A stretch of DNA of 64,000 nucleotides from Macrostomum hystrix. Its lineage: Eukaryota; Animalia; Platyhelminthes. Location of the stretch: positions 2,232,001 to 2,296,000 of the forward strand of contig CATNEN010000037.1 in assembly GCA_950097015.1 (NCBI GenBank). Direction: 5' to 3'. Each line of letters opens with the position of its first letter. The first letter of the stretch is position 1. Shown piece by piece: positions 23,431 to 35,269 of this stretch. Made by a program: the position numbers and the translations under genes. The notes below the pieces were generated by a model. It had not been told where the DNA came from, ran no database searches, and saw only the letters and a list, made by a program, of their open reading frames with translations.

Positions 23431-26407
23431 CTCAGAGCTCTATGTAGTATTGCTGCTACATAGCAAGCAAACCAAGCAGTCCAATAAAAGTGCACATTTT
23501 GAAATTCCCTATCAGCACTCAATGCCTAAGCGCTGCACTTCTCCATCATGCAACTTTTTTGGGGATTATTCAGGCCCGTCCCGGAAAATTATCCCCCCAC
23601 AGCGCCGTGTGGATCTCTTCAGTGTGAGTTTTTTTATTTTTCAACAGGGCAGAGCCCGGTCATGGGTTGGTCTATGGTCTGCATCCGTCCCGGGGTCCCA
23701 TGCTCAGTCTCAGCAAGCTATAAAAGTGCACTTATAGTGCTCATTGTGGTCTCAAATGTGCAACTCAGCGAGCATGTGGTTGCCCAGCACACGGAGCGTG
23801 GGAATAGATTGGCTAGAGTTTTTTTAGGTAGCGCTTGGCAACTAAAGTGGACTCAAAAAGGGGGAAGGAGAACGAGGGGTAGAGGGGGAGCTAGTGGTAG
23901 CACTGAGTGCACTGTATCATGCGATTTTTCTTATCTGATAATTCCAATAAGAGATCCTCTTGTAAAATAAAAAATTAGATTATTATTGAACTATAAAACG
24001 GCTTAGACGGCTAGTTTTACCTGTAAGGATTAGCTGAAGAGACGAGAGTACTTGTTCCTGACTGACTGACTTAGGAAGTTGGCTAGCTGCTTAGAGACTC
24101 AATATGATTCAATGGCGACCTGCGGTATTGACTTTATTGCTGCATTTTCTCTGTCAGTCTCTCTCCCTCTGCACCTTTCTGCATCAACTATTGGGCCTTT
24201 TTTAAACTCACTTCCGACAGCCACCTTAGCTGAGGGCCGCTCATGCCAATGCCTCCTTAATGCCAATACATTGGCATTGCATTCATTGCATTCCGCTCAC
24301 AGCTCAAAATGAGTTTGGTTTGTTAGGAGTGTCCGCGCAAGCAGCCAATGCCGTTCTGGCCAGCTCATTCGTTGGGGCTCAAAGCCAAGACTAGACGGAG
24401 AGGAGAGGAAGAGGAGAGAGGGGGAGAGAAGTAAGAGGGAGAGGAGAGAGAGAAGGTGAGGAAGGAGAGAGGGATGGACGCTAGGGAGAAAGAGCAAGCG
24501 ACAATGAAAAATCGGAAGAGTCAATTAACATGACAGATGAGAAGAAGAATTATAAAACGAATAAATGGTTTTATAATTCAAAATTCAATTTAGATATCAA
24601 AGCGCAAGAGGTAGGTACGAGATACACAAAAACAGAAAGCTAGAATTCAGAGTCATCATGAGAAAATCCCCAGTCAGATCTAGATCGAGAGCCAGGATAA
24701 AAATTCTAATCTCTGGAGATTTTGGCTTTGATGTTGGAATAAGTCTCAGATTTCCGTTCAGATAATTAATTACCGACAAATCACCCAAATCCCCAGACCT
24801 TGATGACAAGCAAACTGTACTGGTTGGGCCTATTTTGCTCAGGTGAAGCTGGAACAACTCTTTGCTTTGATTTTTCATCAAGTTATATAGAGCTTTAAGC
24901 TAAACTAATGCATGCCGTTGCCAGTCTAGCTTCCTGTTTAATTTAGATTAAGGAAAGCCTTAGCATTAAACAGCTCGTATGCTAAAAGTAAAGTGGGAAA
25001 TTCTTGACGTTGTGAATTTAATTGCTGTATTAATGTGAGAAAAGCTGTACAAAAATTAATTTAGACATTTACGAAATGCAAAATAACATTGAATGGTTAA
25101 TCCGTCAAATATATATTAGTTAGTATCCAAACTAATTGGATCAAAAACTGGAATAAATTAAAAAAACTAAATTTTATAAATAACGCGACCAAGTTATATA
25201 AGTTATGTTTATAATGTTAAAAGTTAAAATTAAAATATTTAAAATGTGACAAAACATTATACCATTTGATACTACGAGCAAACGAAATTATAAATTATTA
25301 TTAAAAAATCAAAATAATCCGTTGAATTTAATTTCATAACTTCGCTAAGCTTTATAATGAAAATAATTAATTTTTTTTCTCTCATCTTTGATAACTCACC
25401 GTGACTTTTTATACATAGTCTTATTAGCTTCCTTATTGAATTCAGAAAAATGCCCCAATAGTGTTAGAATAAAATACCCCAATTAGATAATGAAGGTAAC
25501 TAGGAATATACTGTAATAAGGAACTTATTTTCTTATTAATTACTCATTATTATTAGTGTCTATTCCATTGCCCATTACTATGAAGCTGTCTTTATGTTGT
25601 ACAATCCTAGAATTGTACGAAAATAAGTTGACATAAAATAAATCTAACGTAGTCTAAAGAAAATTAGCTTGAAGAGGGAAGAAAGCTACAGGACATGAAA
25701 TATGATCGCATTGTTTAAATAGACAAATTAACAGATCAGGTATTAAGGTTACAATATAAAATAAGAGCTTTCTGTAACATTTGAAATAGCTATATAGAGA
25801 AGGTGCATGGAGTCAAACATTAATTACGATCGCAACTTTAGCCAATATAAATCGTGGCTTACGATGGAAATGTGAAGAGATTGAATGTCAAACAAATGCC
25901 CTAAGAATCATATATATTATGTAGATAATGAAACTCTTAATTATTTAGTCTATCTTGTAATTTGCTTCAGCGAGATAACAAGGTTATGGATAACCTGTTT
26001 CCTCGAAAACCATCAACTTAAAACTGTTTATTTCTAATACCGCGGATATAGCGACAAGCAAATGGACTCTATTGAAAACAAAATTTATTATATAATATTT
26101 TCACGTCGTCAGTTTTTTCAAGTGCTAATTTCCTAGTCTAAAAAATAAAGTACCAAAATTTTTGTGCATTTGTTATAGTGCTAAAATGCAACAAATTCAA
26201 AACAGAGCCTTTCTAGGAACTATGTTATATATGCTGTGCTTATTATAGCTTGGCCAAGTTTGAATCAAGAAGTAAAAAGGAAGCAAATATGTCAATATAT
26301 GTTTTTCGAGCGCAGCTTATTTGCTCATCAATAGTTTATATCTTATGCATTTACTGTCTGAATTCAAGCCACTGAACCTACTTCTTTTGTAATCTGCTCC
26401 AGGTTAA

Positions 26408-26573
26408 ATGGCAACTGGAGTTTCAGCAGGCCGCGCTTTCGGCTGCCGAGCCTCACCATTGCCAGGTACAGCCAGAAAATTCAATGAAAGCGGCGCTTTG
26501 TTACTCCGAAAGCAGCCAGGTGTTTTGACTGCCGACCATTTGGCATCGAGTACTAGTCCCACTAGTCCGCAAG
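26408..26573 (+). CDS. Putative exon 1 of a 197-aa low-complexity protein
   Basis: GC-rich island with ATG 26408. Weak phase-1 donor GTGTCT at 26574. Confidence 0.35.
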
Positions 26574-26770
26574 GTGTCTGGGTGAATATGTGAGAAAAAG
26601 ATTGAATTATCAGCTTATTATACACCTATATACGGGTACGGATGTAATCTGTTGAGAATATTATAAAACAGGTCAGAAGGAAGAATATATCGTAAAGGAA
26701 GAACGATTGATAAAGTTACCACTGTGACAATGAAACTTATCTAAACCCGATTGAAGGAATCCCCGTCAAG

Positions 26771-26935
26771 AGCGCATTGATGTGACGCTACCATCACATA
26801 CCGGCCTGTTCGCCCATTCGCATCCGTTCTATGGCAACCTGCCCACCTCTGTGGACGGCCGAGCCAGGCTCACCCCTGGCAACCTGCTGGCCCCCTGTCC
26901 CGCCTCACCCTCAAAGTTCCGACAACCGGCGGACC
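26771..26935 (+). CDS. Putative exon 2 of the same protein (RIDVTLPSHTGLFAHSHPFYGNLP...)
   Basis: AG at 26769-26770, GTGAGT donor at 26936, phase 1/1, GC-rich. Confidence 0.45.
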
Positions 26936-27496
26936 GTGAGTTGACTGGACGCGGCCTGCATTTGATTTATTGACTTGCTACCGGTTATTTCTTACCGGAA
27001 CTAATTATTTATTATATTTTAGAATTCTTTTGTTTACTTTTGTTCGCGCTAGCCATAATATTGAATCTTGTTTGATTAAAAATACTTACCGGAAAAAATC
27101 GTTCTTAGAAAATTCATCTTAAACCCGTTTTTATAGGTCTCATCTTAATTATTCAATAACAATAACATAGAGTATCCTAAAATACCTCTTATCTACCCTA
27201 CCTCAAACTGCCTATTTTCCCAAACTCAAACTGCTCAAACTGCGTATCTAAACTACCTCAAACGGCTTATCTACAAAATACCTCAAACTGCCTGTCTACC
27301 CAACCTAAAACGGCCTGTCTACCCAACCTAAAACTGCTGGTCTACCCTACCTCAGACTGTCCTATCTACCCTACCTCAGACTGTCCTATCTACCCTACCT
27401 CAAACTATCCTATCTACCCTACCTCAGACTGTCCTATCTACCCTACCTCAGACTGTCCTATCTACCCTACCTCAGACTGTCCTATCTACCCTACCT

Positions 27497-27585
27497 CTTA
27501 CTTACTTAACTTATCTGCAGGGTGCTCCGTACCGGCGGACGCAGCGAGGAGGCGGAGGGACCGCCCATTCCGCTAACCCCTGGCT
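27497..27585 (-). mobile_element. Short 5'-truncated non-LTR retroelement-like 3' end with (TAAG)n tail, copy 1
   Basis: The minus strand ends ...GCAGATAAGTTAAGTAAGTAAG. Flanked by an 11-bp direct duplication CTACCCTACCT. Confidence 0.6.
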
Positions 27586-27932
27586 CTACCCTACCTCAGA
27601 CTGTCCTATCTACCCTACCTCAGACTGTCCTATATACCCTACGTCAGACTGTCCTATCTACCCTACCTCAGACTGTCCTATCTACCCTACCTTAGACTGT
27701 CCTATCTACCCTACCTCAGACTGTCCTATCTACCCTACCTCAGACTGTCCTATCTACCCTACCTCAGACTGTCCTATCTACCCTACCTCAGACTGTCCTA
27801 TCTACCCTACCTCAGACTGTCCTATCTACCCTACCTCAGACTGTCCTATCTACCCTACCTCAGACTGTCCTATCTACCCTACCTCAGACTGTCCTATCTA
27901 CCCTACCTCAGACTGTCCTATCTACCCTACCT

Positions 27933-28021
27933 CTTACTTACTTAACTTATCTGCAGGGTGCTCCGTACCGGCGGACGCAGCGAGGAGGCGGAGGGACCGC
28001 CCATTCCGCTAACCCCTGGCT
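27933..28021 (-). mobile_element. Identical second copy of the 89-bp retroelement-like insert
   Basis: Same sequence and same junctions, 436 bp downstream. Confidence 0.6.
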
Positions 28022-28414
28022 CTACCCTACCTCAGACTGTCCTATCTACCCTACCTCAGACTGTCCTATATACCCTACGTCAGACTGTCCTATCTACCCT
28101 ACCTCAGACTGTCCTATCTACCCTACCTCAGACTGTCCTATATACCCTACGTCAGACTGTCCTATCTACCCTACCTCAGACTGTCCTATCTACCCTACCT
28201 CAGACTGTCCTATCTACCCTACCTCAGACTGTCCTATCAAGCTGACATCCAAAATAAGAAAGTCGGAGTTAAAAATGAAAAAATCTGACACTGAAAATTT
28301 TCCTTGGTTCCTTGTTGCACTTTTCTCAAACCGTGTAGCGGGGCCTATTTGTTTTTCAGGCGTTAATTCAGACTTTCCTTAAATTTTCGAGACTAACAAA
28401 ACTCCATTGTGCAG

Positions 28415-28600
28415 GCAGCAACAGCAGCGGCAGCAGATTAGCTGATTGTCAAACTGAAACAAAATCAACAAAATCAGCAACTGCGGCGGCGGCAACATCT
28501 AAGAAGACTTTGACAACAATTTTAGCTATTGGCGGCAGCGGCGGTGTTGGATATCAGCGTTTGACACCGAGAAGTCAACGCAAATGCGTACATAAAAGCG

Positions 28601-28633
<33 letters not shown>

Positions 28634-28677
28634 GCGGCAGCGGCAGCAGCTACAAAGGCTCGAAAAATATGCATTGA
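28415..28677 (+). CDS. Putative terminal exon 3 (Ser/Gly/Ala-rich) of the 197-aa protein
   Basis: Branch point CTAAC ~28393, acceptor TGTGCAG at 28414, phase 1. Only the Ser-rich frame stays open (87 codons) to TGA. Confidence 0.45.
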
Positions 28678-29507
28678 GCAATTTCGAACGAATTATTTTT
28701 TACTAGATTTTCCAAACCACTCACGACCGCATCGTGCTGTGCATTTGCATCATTAATTGCATGAACAACCTGCTTTTCTCTCATCATTTGCTTCGCTCCT
28801 TGAGCTCATTGTCATGAAACTGACCCACCTGCTTTGCATTTAGCAACAATGTCTGCACCAGACTCGCATAGTTACAAGCCTATATAGTGATTTCCTTCAA
28901 CTGTACTATCCTCTATATCCAGCTATAGGTGCCTAGTGGGTATTTTTATTACGGCATGTCACATTTATCTTATCCAGCCCTCCTGTGCATACAGCTGTCA
29001 TCTAATAATTCCCCCCTAGGAAATAGGGAGATGCAGATTCTGAATAAAACTGCAGCATTATCCATACAGTATGTAAAGAATAAAATAATAGGAAAAATGC
29101 TGGGCGAGATAAAATCAAGAATCATGCTCCACATTTAGGATACAACAGAGAAATACAATGCCGGTTTTTAATTGATGAAAAGCACCAGTGAAACATTCCA
29201 TAATAAATAATGATAATAATAAATAATAATAAATAAATGATAATAAATGATAGATGAAAAGTTTATAACTACGAGATTACAGTTGATAGACAGGAGTTTC
29301 AGTCTCAGAAACATGAGAAACATGAGAAAAATGATACTTTAAAATGAATAGATAAGAAATGACAGTTCAGATAATATATCTATGCCAACAAACTGGCCCC
29401 AAAAGGACCAAGCTGTGTATGGCTGTTCAGTCCATGGACTGAATTAGCCCAGCTAATGCTGGTATCATTTAACAGCCAAGTTAACTGACGCATATAATAA
29501 TAGCTCG

Positions 29508-29812
29508 TAATAATAATAATTGCAGAAGGGCTGTGGGCAGTGGAACATCATTTAGTGATACTAGACCCGCAGCCAGCGAGGAGGCAATTCTGCCCATTTC
29601 GCTCAACTCCTGAGCACACACTCACTCAGATACTGTACGCAGGCACACACTCACACAGGTGTGTACATCTACCCTGACTTTCTCATCGTCAGGCAGTGTA
29701 CACTCTCACTGTGCCTTGGTGGTTGGCACCAAATAAATGTGGCCTCGCTGTGGAATCGAACTTAGGGACCTTGGTGCGAGAGGCAAACGCGATAACCGCT
29801 CTGCCACCGACC
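29508..29812 (-). mobile_element. tRNA-derived SINE family A, copy 1
   Basis: A box GGTGGCAGAGCGG, B box GTTCGATTCC, conserved GTGTACA...TGTACAC hairpin, (ATT)n tail. Homologous to 31487-31792, 40424-40726 and 56318-56624. Confidence 0.88.
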
Positions 29813-29819
29813 CCCCCCC

Positions 29820-29947
29820 TGTGAACTGACGCAATGCAAAGTTAAGTGTCTTACTAACGGAAACAAATTGTTCCAGTGGAGTCGGGAATCGAACACCCGA
29901 CCTTCAAGTCGTGAGTCCGACACTCTAACCACTAGGCTAAAACCCCC
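29820..29947 (-). mobile_element. Second tRNA-headed element (Val-CAC-like head plus truncated SINE body), directly upstream of SINE A copy 1
   Basis: TAGCCTAGTGGTTAGAG...CTCACGA...GTTCGATTCCC, then GTAAGACACTTAAC, which resembles the central domain of widespread metazoan SINEs. Stems are imperfect. Confidence 0.65.
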
Positions 29948-30588
29948 ATGACAACAAAACAGGGGCATGAGATAACTGAGAGTTAAACAATTTGGATTAC
30001 CTTAGACCACTTGAAGCGAATAGGCAAGCACAATTTCCCCTAAATAGCTTCAAGCGTCATTCGAGTTTGAGTCTTGCTCACACACAGCTTACACATAAGG
30101 TATGCGCTATACTATAGCTTGCAGTCCATATGAACTAAACTATAATGCGAACCATAAGCTCTGTGGAATATTTTCCCATTTTTAGTTGAAAGTAAAGAGC
30201 AGAAACGGGTTTCGCAGGAACAGGGGGGCTGTCGGTGTTGGTCGTCGCGTGGTTCACCCACGCTCGGGCGACAGAAAGAAATGGAGAAAGCGTGCGAGCG
30301 GGAGGTTAAGGATAGGATATGGGAAGAGAGTTAAAGAAGAAAATGTATAGTGGGTACTCGTACAAGGGGTAAAACACACGCACACACTGGAGCCCAAAAC
30401 GACAGCTGCAGTTGGACAGAAGAAGAAAGATCACCCACTACTATTTTTGCTCATTCATTCTCTCTATCCAATTCTCTTATACTGCTTTAGACAAGTGAAA
30501 TAGAAAGAGAAAACTCAACTGTGAGCTGCAATTGGTCTAGTTTGATGTAGGTACTTTTTCTAATGAATCGCATTGAATTCCTTGTTAA

Positions 30589-30811
30589 ATGACAACGATA
30601 ACTGTCGACAATGTCTCCGCAGATATCGGTGGCACCGACTCGTCCGACGCTGGCGACGACCCGGCGACGCCGTCCAAGTCCAGACAGTTGCCGACTGCGG
30701 CTGTTGCGGCAGCTTCGAGCGGCGTCAGGACGACGTCAGGTGCCGACGAAGCCGAAAAGTACAATAGCGACGACGACTGGATGACGGAAGCTGGAAGCTA
30801 TGGAAGGAAGT
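30589..30811 (+). CDS. APBA: Mint/X11 (APBA/lin-10)-like adaptor, exon 1 (acidic low-complexity N-terminus)
   Basis: ATG 30589. Phase-1 donor GTGAGT at 30812 is compatible with the acceptor at 31928. Confidence 0.65.
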
Positions 30812-31486
30812 GTGAGTCTTGTGTAATCTTTGTGTAGGATTTTTGTGCCTGGTTAACTAATTACTACAGTTACAACATAGTTGTTGCATCATAGTTGCTG
30901 CAGTGTCCAAGTTGAAATTTGTAGACTAAGTATTACATAAAATAGTAAAAAAAATTATTAATTGGACACTGCTGCTCAGGTGGCAGCCCGTTTTTTAGTG
31001 TCCTTCTCTCTCTCTCTCTCTCTAGCATTTGTTATGCATCGCCTTGAAATCTTGGCCTTGTCCATACCCATACCTTACTATGTCTTCTCCCATTTTCTCA
31101 AACATCTCCCATAGCTCTCTTTTCTCCTAATCTCGAGGGATTTTTCGCCGTCTAGATTTGGAACCTTTTTTGGTAGCTTCTCTGACACGAACACTGGGGC
31201 AGAGGCTGCTCAGCCACAGTCATTGCTGCGGGTTGTGTCTATAAAGCCTGTCCGTCCACCTCACTCCGCACTTCCTAAGAAATCGCGTGCCAGTTTCACT
31301 TCGACCCCAAACGGAGCCGAAACTACTAGTGCGGACATTTACAATTTCCTGTTTTAATAAAATTTTCTATTTTGTCTGAACATAATAAATTATAATTGAT
31401 AAGCATTGCGAAGTGGTATATGGAGTAGGATTTCTTAGAAATATTATTTGAACCCGACATTACTTAAGTAACTTTGTGAATAGCGA

Positions 31487-31792
31487 TAATAAAAATTATT
31501 CTTGCAGGAGGGCTGCGGGCAATGGCACATCGTTAGGTGATTCTGCCCATTTCGCTGACTCCTGAGCACACACACACAGGTGTGTACATCTGCCCTGACT
31601 TTCTCATCGCCAGGCAGTGTACACTTCACTGTGCCTTGGAGGTTGGCCCTTATAGGGCGTAAATTGAACGACAAGCCACCAAGCCTTCTCTCCGCAGCTG
31701 CGCCCCAAATGAATGTGGCCTCGCCACGGAATCGAGCTCAGGGACCTTGGTGCGAGAGGCAAACGCGTTAACCGCTCTGCCACCGACACCCC
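31487..31792 (-). mobile_element. SINE family A, copy 2 (in APBA intron 1)
   Basis: GGTGGCAGAGCGGTTAACGCGTTTGCCTCTCGCACCAAGGTCCCTGAGCTCGATTCC head, shared body and tail. Confidence 0.9.
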
Positions 31793-31928
31793 GTGAATAG
31801 CGATTGAAGTTTGACTGAAATTTCAAGTATTTATCGCCTTTTTTCATTTATCTCTACTATAAGTAGTGTTCATGGGTTTGCAAATAATGCCAAAATTCTC
31901 TGCACTTCTGCAATCGCCTCTCCGCCAG

Positions 31929-32083
31929 TCTCCATGCGGCATCCGGAGCGGTCGCCACCGGCTCGTCTGCGCGGCCTGCTGCATCGGGCTGGCTACCTGG
32001 GCTCCACGCAGCTCGCACTGGGGGCGCAGCCTACACGGGCAACTCGGATGGCGCTTGCTCAGGAGGCTGTGGCGCGAATCAAG
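31929..32083 (+). CDS. APBA: APBA-like exon 2 (start of PTB domain)
   Basis: GLLHRAGYLGSTQL...RMALAQEAVARIK matches Mint GIIFAANYLGSTQL...RMMQAQEAVSRIK. CAG acceptor, GTGAGG donor. Confidence 0.9.
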
Positions 32084-32179
32084 GTGAGGAAAAACGAGAC
32101 GGCTATTGGAGTCCTTTTATCATTCTCTCCCTCTGTATGCTCAAATTCTTAGATAACCTCCACCTCTCTGTTCTCCCTT

Positions 32180-32473
32180 AAGGTCATTTAGATTCCACGT
32201 CATTTAGATTCTAGGTCATTTAGATTCTAGGTCATTTAGATTCTAGGTCATTTAGATGCTAGGTCATTTAGATGCTAGGTCATTTAGATTCCAGGTCATT
32301 TAGATGCTAGGTCATTTAGATTCCAGGTCATTTAGATGCTAGGTCATTTAGATTCTAGGTCATTTAGATGCTAGGTCATTTAGATTCTAGGTCATTTAGA
32401 TGCTAGGTCATTTAGATTCTAGGTCATCTAGATGCTGGGTCATTTGGATTCTAGGTCATTTAGATGCTAGGTC
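32180..32473. repeat. 14-bp minisatellite (AGGTCATTTAGATTCT/ATGCT family)
   Basis: Tandem units in APBA intron 2. Confidence 0.9.
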
Positions 32474-32559
32474 AGTCAGTGCAAAATCCTGACCAGCTAC
32501 TTATGCCAGTAGAATGTAAAGCATTTTAGATGTACTTTTTTGCTTCCTAAAAACGGAAG

Positions 32560-32793
32560 GCTCCTGATGGTGAGAATCAGCCAAGCGTGCCTGTGGACGT
32601 GTTCGTGTCCATCGAGCGTCTGATGGTGCTGAATCCAGGCACCCGGACGGTCATGATGGACCACTCGCTGCGAACTGTCACTCACACCGCCGACATGGAC
32701 AACCTGCTGGTGCTAATGGTCAGGCGAAAGCAGCCTGGCTCCACAGCTGACGGACCGTGCAAAGTGGTGTGCCACCTGTTTTGCACGGACCAG
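32560..32793 (+). CDS. APBA: APBA-like exon 3 (PTB core)
   Basis: APDGENQPSVPVDVFVSIERLMVLN...MMDHSLRTV...KVVCHLF, phase 0/0. Confidence 0.92.
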
Positions 32794-32974
32794 GTGCGAA
32801 TTACTGACCGTGATTTCGCTTGAACTTCAGTACTCAATATTGACGATTCGAACAAATATCGTCCAGTAAATTCAGTTCAATAAATCCTCATGACTATCAG
32901 ATAAATAAGAAAATCTCAAAAATCGTAAATTATTTTCGACAAATTTTATTGAAATACATTGTCCCTGATATAAA

Positions 32975-33280
32975 TCCTCATCGACTTAAACTCTCATCGA
33001 CGCAAATCCTCATCGACACGAATTCTCATCGACACATTCTCGTAGACTAAAATTCTCATACTTTGAAGTAGACATGAATTCTCATCGACACAAATTCTTA
33101 TCAACAAATTCTCATCGACACATTCTCATCGACGCAAATTCTCATCGACGCAAATTCTCATCGAAGCAAATTCTCATCGACATAAATTCTCATCGACACA
33201 TTCTCAAAGACTAAAATTCTCATACTTTGAAGTTGACGTGAATTCTCGTTGACAAGTTCTCATCGACACAAATTCTCATG
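32975..33280. repeat. Degenerate AAATTCTCATCGAC minisatellite
   Basis: Recurring motif in APBA intron 3. Confidence 0.85.
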
Positions 33281-33354
33281 AGCAGAAACTATCATTTATG
33301 AATTTTGTGAGGCCATCTGATCCATCATCTCATCCCATCTCGTCGCTTCCGCAG

Positions 33355-34059
33355 GCCCCGCAGCTAGCCCAGTCCATCGGCCGCGCATTCAACGCCGCCT
33401 ACGCCCGCTTCCTACGCCGCTCGTCGTCAAACAGAACCGCGACTGACTCCGAAAAAGCTGCCAACAGCGATGCCGCTGACGAAGAGGCCGACGAAGAAGC
33501 CGGGCCGCGCGAAGTAACGGTGGCAAAGCAACACGGCGAAGCACTCGGCGTTGTTCTAGTCGACAGCGGCTGGGGCGCGCTTCTACCGTCCGCCCTGCTG
33601 GCCAACATGCGACCCGACGGCCCGGCCGCCCGTTCCAGACAGCTGAACGTCGGCGACCTCCTGCTAGCCGTTGACGGAGCCAGCCTGGTCGGCCTGCCGC
33701 TGGCCGCCTGTCGCCAGCGCCTCCGAGCCTGCCGGCCTGCTGTCTCCGTCAGGCTGCGCGTCCTGCCCAGGCCGCCGGTCTCCGAGGCCGTCATCAATCG
33801 GCCCGATCCGCGAAGGCCGCTCGGCTTCAGCGTTCGAGATGGCGTAGTCTGCGCCCTGCTGCGCGGCGGAGAGGCCGAGCGCGGCGGTGTCCGGGTCGGC
33901 CATCGGATTGTTGAAATTGACGGCCGGTCTGTGGCGGCCGCCTCTCACGATCGAATTGTGGCGGCCCTGGCGGCGGCTGTCGGCGAGATCCGGCTGCGAA
34001 CCATGCCGGAGGTTGTGTACCGTCTGCTCACTGGACTGGAGGCACCACGATACGTGTAG
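33355..34059 (+). CDS. APBA: APBA-like exon 4 (end of PTB, PDZ1, PDZ2; 438 aa total)
   Basis: AQSIGRAF; KQHGEALGVVLVDSGWGALLP; LGFSVRDGVVCALLRGGEAERGGVRVGHRIVEI; C-terminal PRYV* (Mint PVYI). Confidence 0.95.
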   Translation, partial: APQLAQSIGRAFNAAYARFLRRSSSNRTATDSEKAANSDAADEEADEEAGPREVTVAKQHGEALGVVLVDSGWGALLPSALLANMRPDGPAARSRQLNVGDLLLAVDGASLVGLPLAACRQRLRACRPAVSVRLRVLPRPPVSEAVINRPDPRRPLGFSVRDGVVCALLRGGEAERGGVRVGHRIVEIDGRSVAAASHDRIVAALAAAVGEIRLRTMPEVVYRLLTGLEAPRYV

Positions 34060-34194
34060 GGCCTGCCGTCCCTCTACTCTCACCCTTCCTTACCATCCCT
34101 ATTTCTTTTTCCCGTTGTTTTCTGAGTGAATCTCTCTCGACTGTCTCTTCTCATCTAATTTCATCCCTACATTCTTTTCTCACTTCAGTCCTCC

Positions 34195-34550
34195 CTTGAT
34201 CTCTTTCTTGATCTCTTCCTTCATCTCTCTTTCATCTCTCCCTATTCCATCCCTTCATCTCTCCCTATTCCATCCCTTCATCTCTCTCCCTATTCCATCC
34301 CTTCATCTTTCCCTATTCCATCCCTTCATCTCTCCCTATTCCATCCCTTCATCTCTTCCAATTCTATCCCTTCATCTCTCCCTATTCTATCCCTTCATCT
34401 CTCCCTATTCTATCCCTTCATCTCTCCCTATTCTATCCCTTTATCTCTCCCTATTCTATCCCTTCATCTCTCCCTATTCTATCCCTTTATCTCTCCCTAT
34501 TCTATCCCTTTATCTCTCCCTATTCCATCCCTTCATCTCTCCCTTCATAT
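34195..34550. repeat. CT-rich 23-25-bp minisatellite (TCTCCCTATTCCATCCCTTCATC)
   Basis: Tandem units after the APBA stop. Confidence 0.9.
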
Positions 34551-35269
34551 CAATAGTCTTCTCTTTTTTCCTGTCGTTATATCTCTGTACTTCAATGTTC
34601 TATTCTTATTCTTTCATTCTCTCTCTCTCTTAACTTATCATACCATGCAATCTAACTACTCAGATCCACTATACTAAAAATGAAATGCTTGCTTGGTTGT
34701 AATTGATTTTCTTCCGAACGGCTCAACCGATTTTCACCATTTCTTCACCAAAAGATGCTAAATATGGGGACAATTATACACGTATTTTTATTAAGCTTAA
34801 CTTTATTGCTAAAGGGATTAAATATTCGAAAAACATGATTTTTTCAAAGGTCAAACCATCTTGGCCTATTGAGAATTTCACTGACAGCCACTGAATTAGA
34901 ATTGCATCGTCAAATTGCGCAACAACCCCTAGCTGATTGAATTTGAAGCCTGCACTCTGGAGACAAATTGGAAATAAATGTACACAACCAACCGCGAGAC
35001 TGAGTGTACTCTATTTTCTTACTTCATTGTACAAAGCCAGAACTTTGAGAATTCATTTTATAAGGCAGATTTTTGCACCCACTAACCAACAGTCGGAATA
35101 GCCGATGTGTAGGCACTAGGAATAGGTTAGGCTAGGCTAGGGTTCGATTCTGCACTGCGTCAAATCATTTAGACTAATTTTCAGCCAGTAGTGATTGAAG
35201 ATTATTTTAATTTATTTTTTCATTTCGTAAATAAAATATCATAAATCATAGCAAACCTGAATTTGAATC

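Larger units (their letters stand above)
27180..28237. repeat. 24-bp minisatellite (CAGACTGTCCTATCTACCCTACCT)n with degenerate 5' flank and two identical 89-bp inserts
   Basis: Tandem units; inserts at 27497-27585 and 27933-28021. Confidence 0.95.

Noticed and set aside
31295-31331. Additional Helitron 3' ends (imperfect hairpin plus CTAGT near 31330, and CTAGT near 1070)
   Set aside because: Hairpins are weak and no matching 5' TC end was identified.
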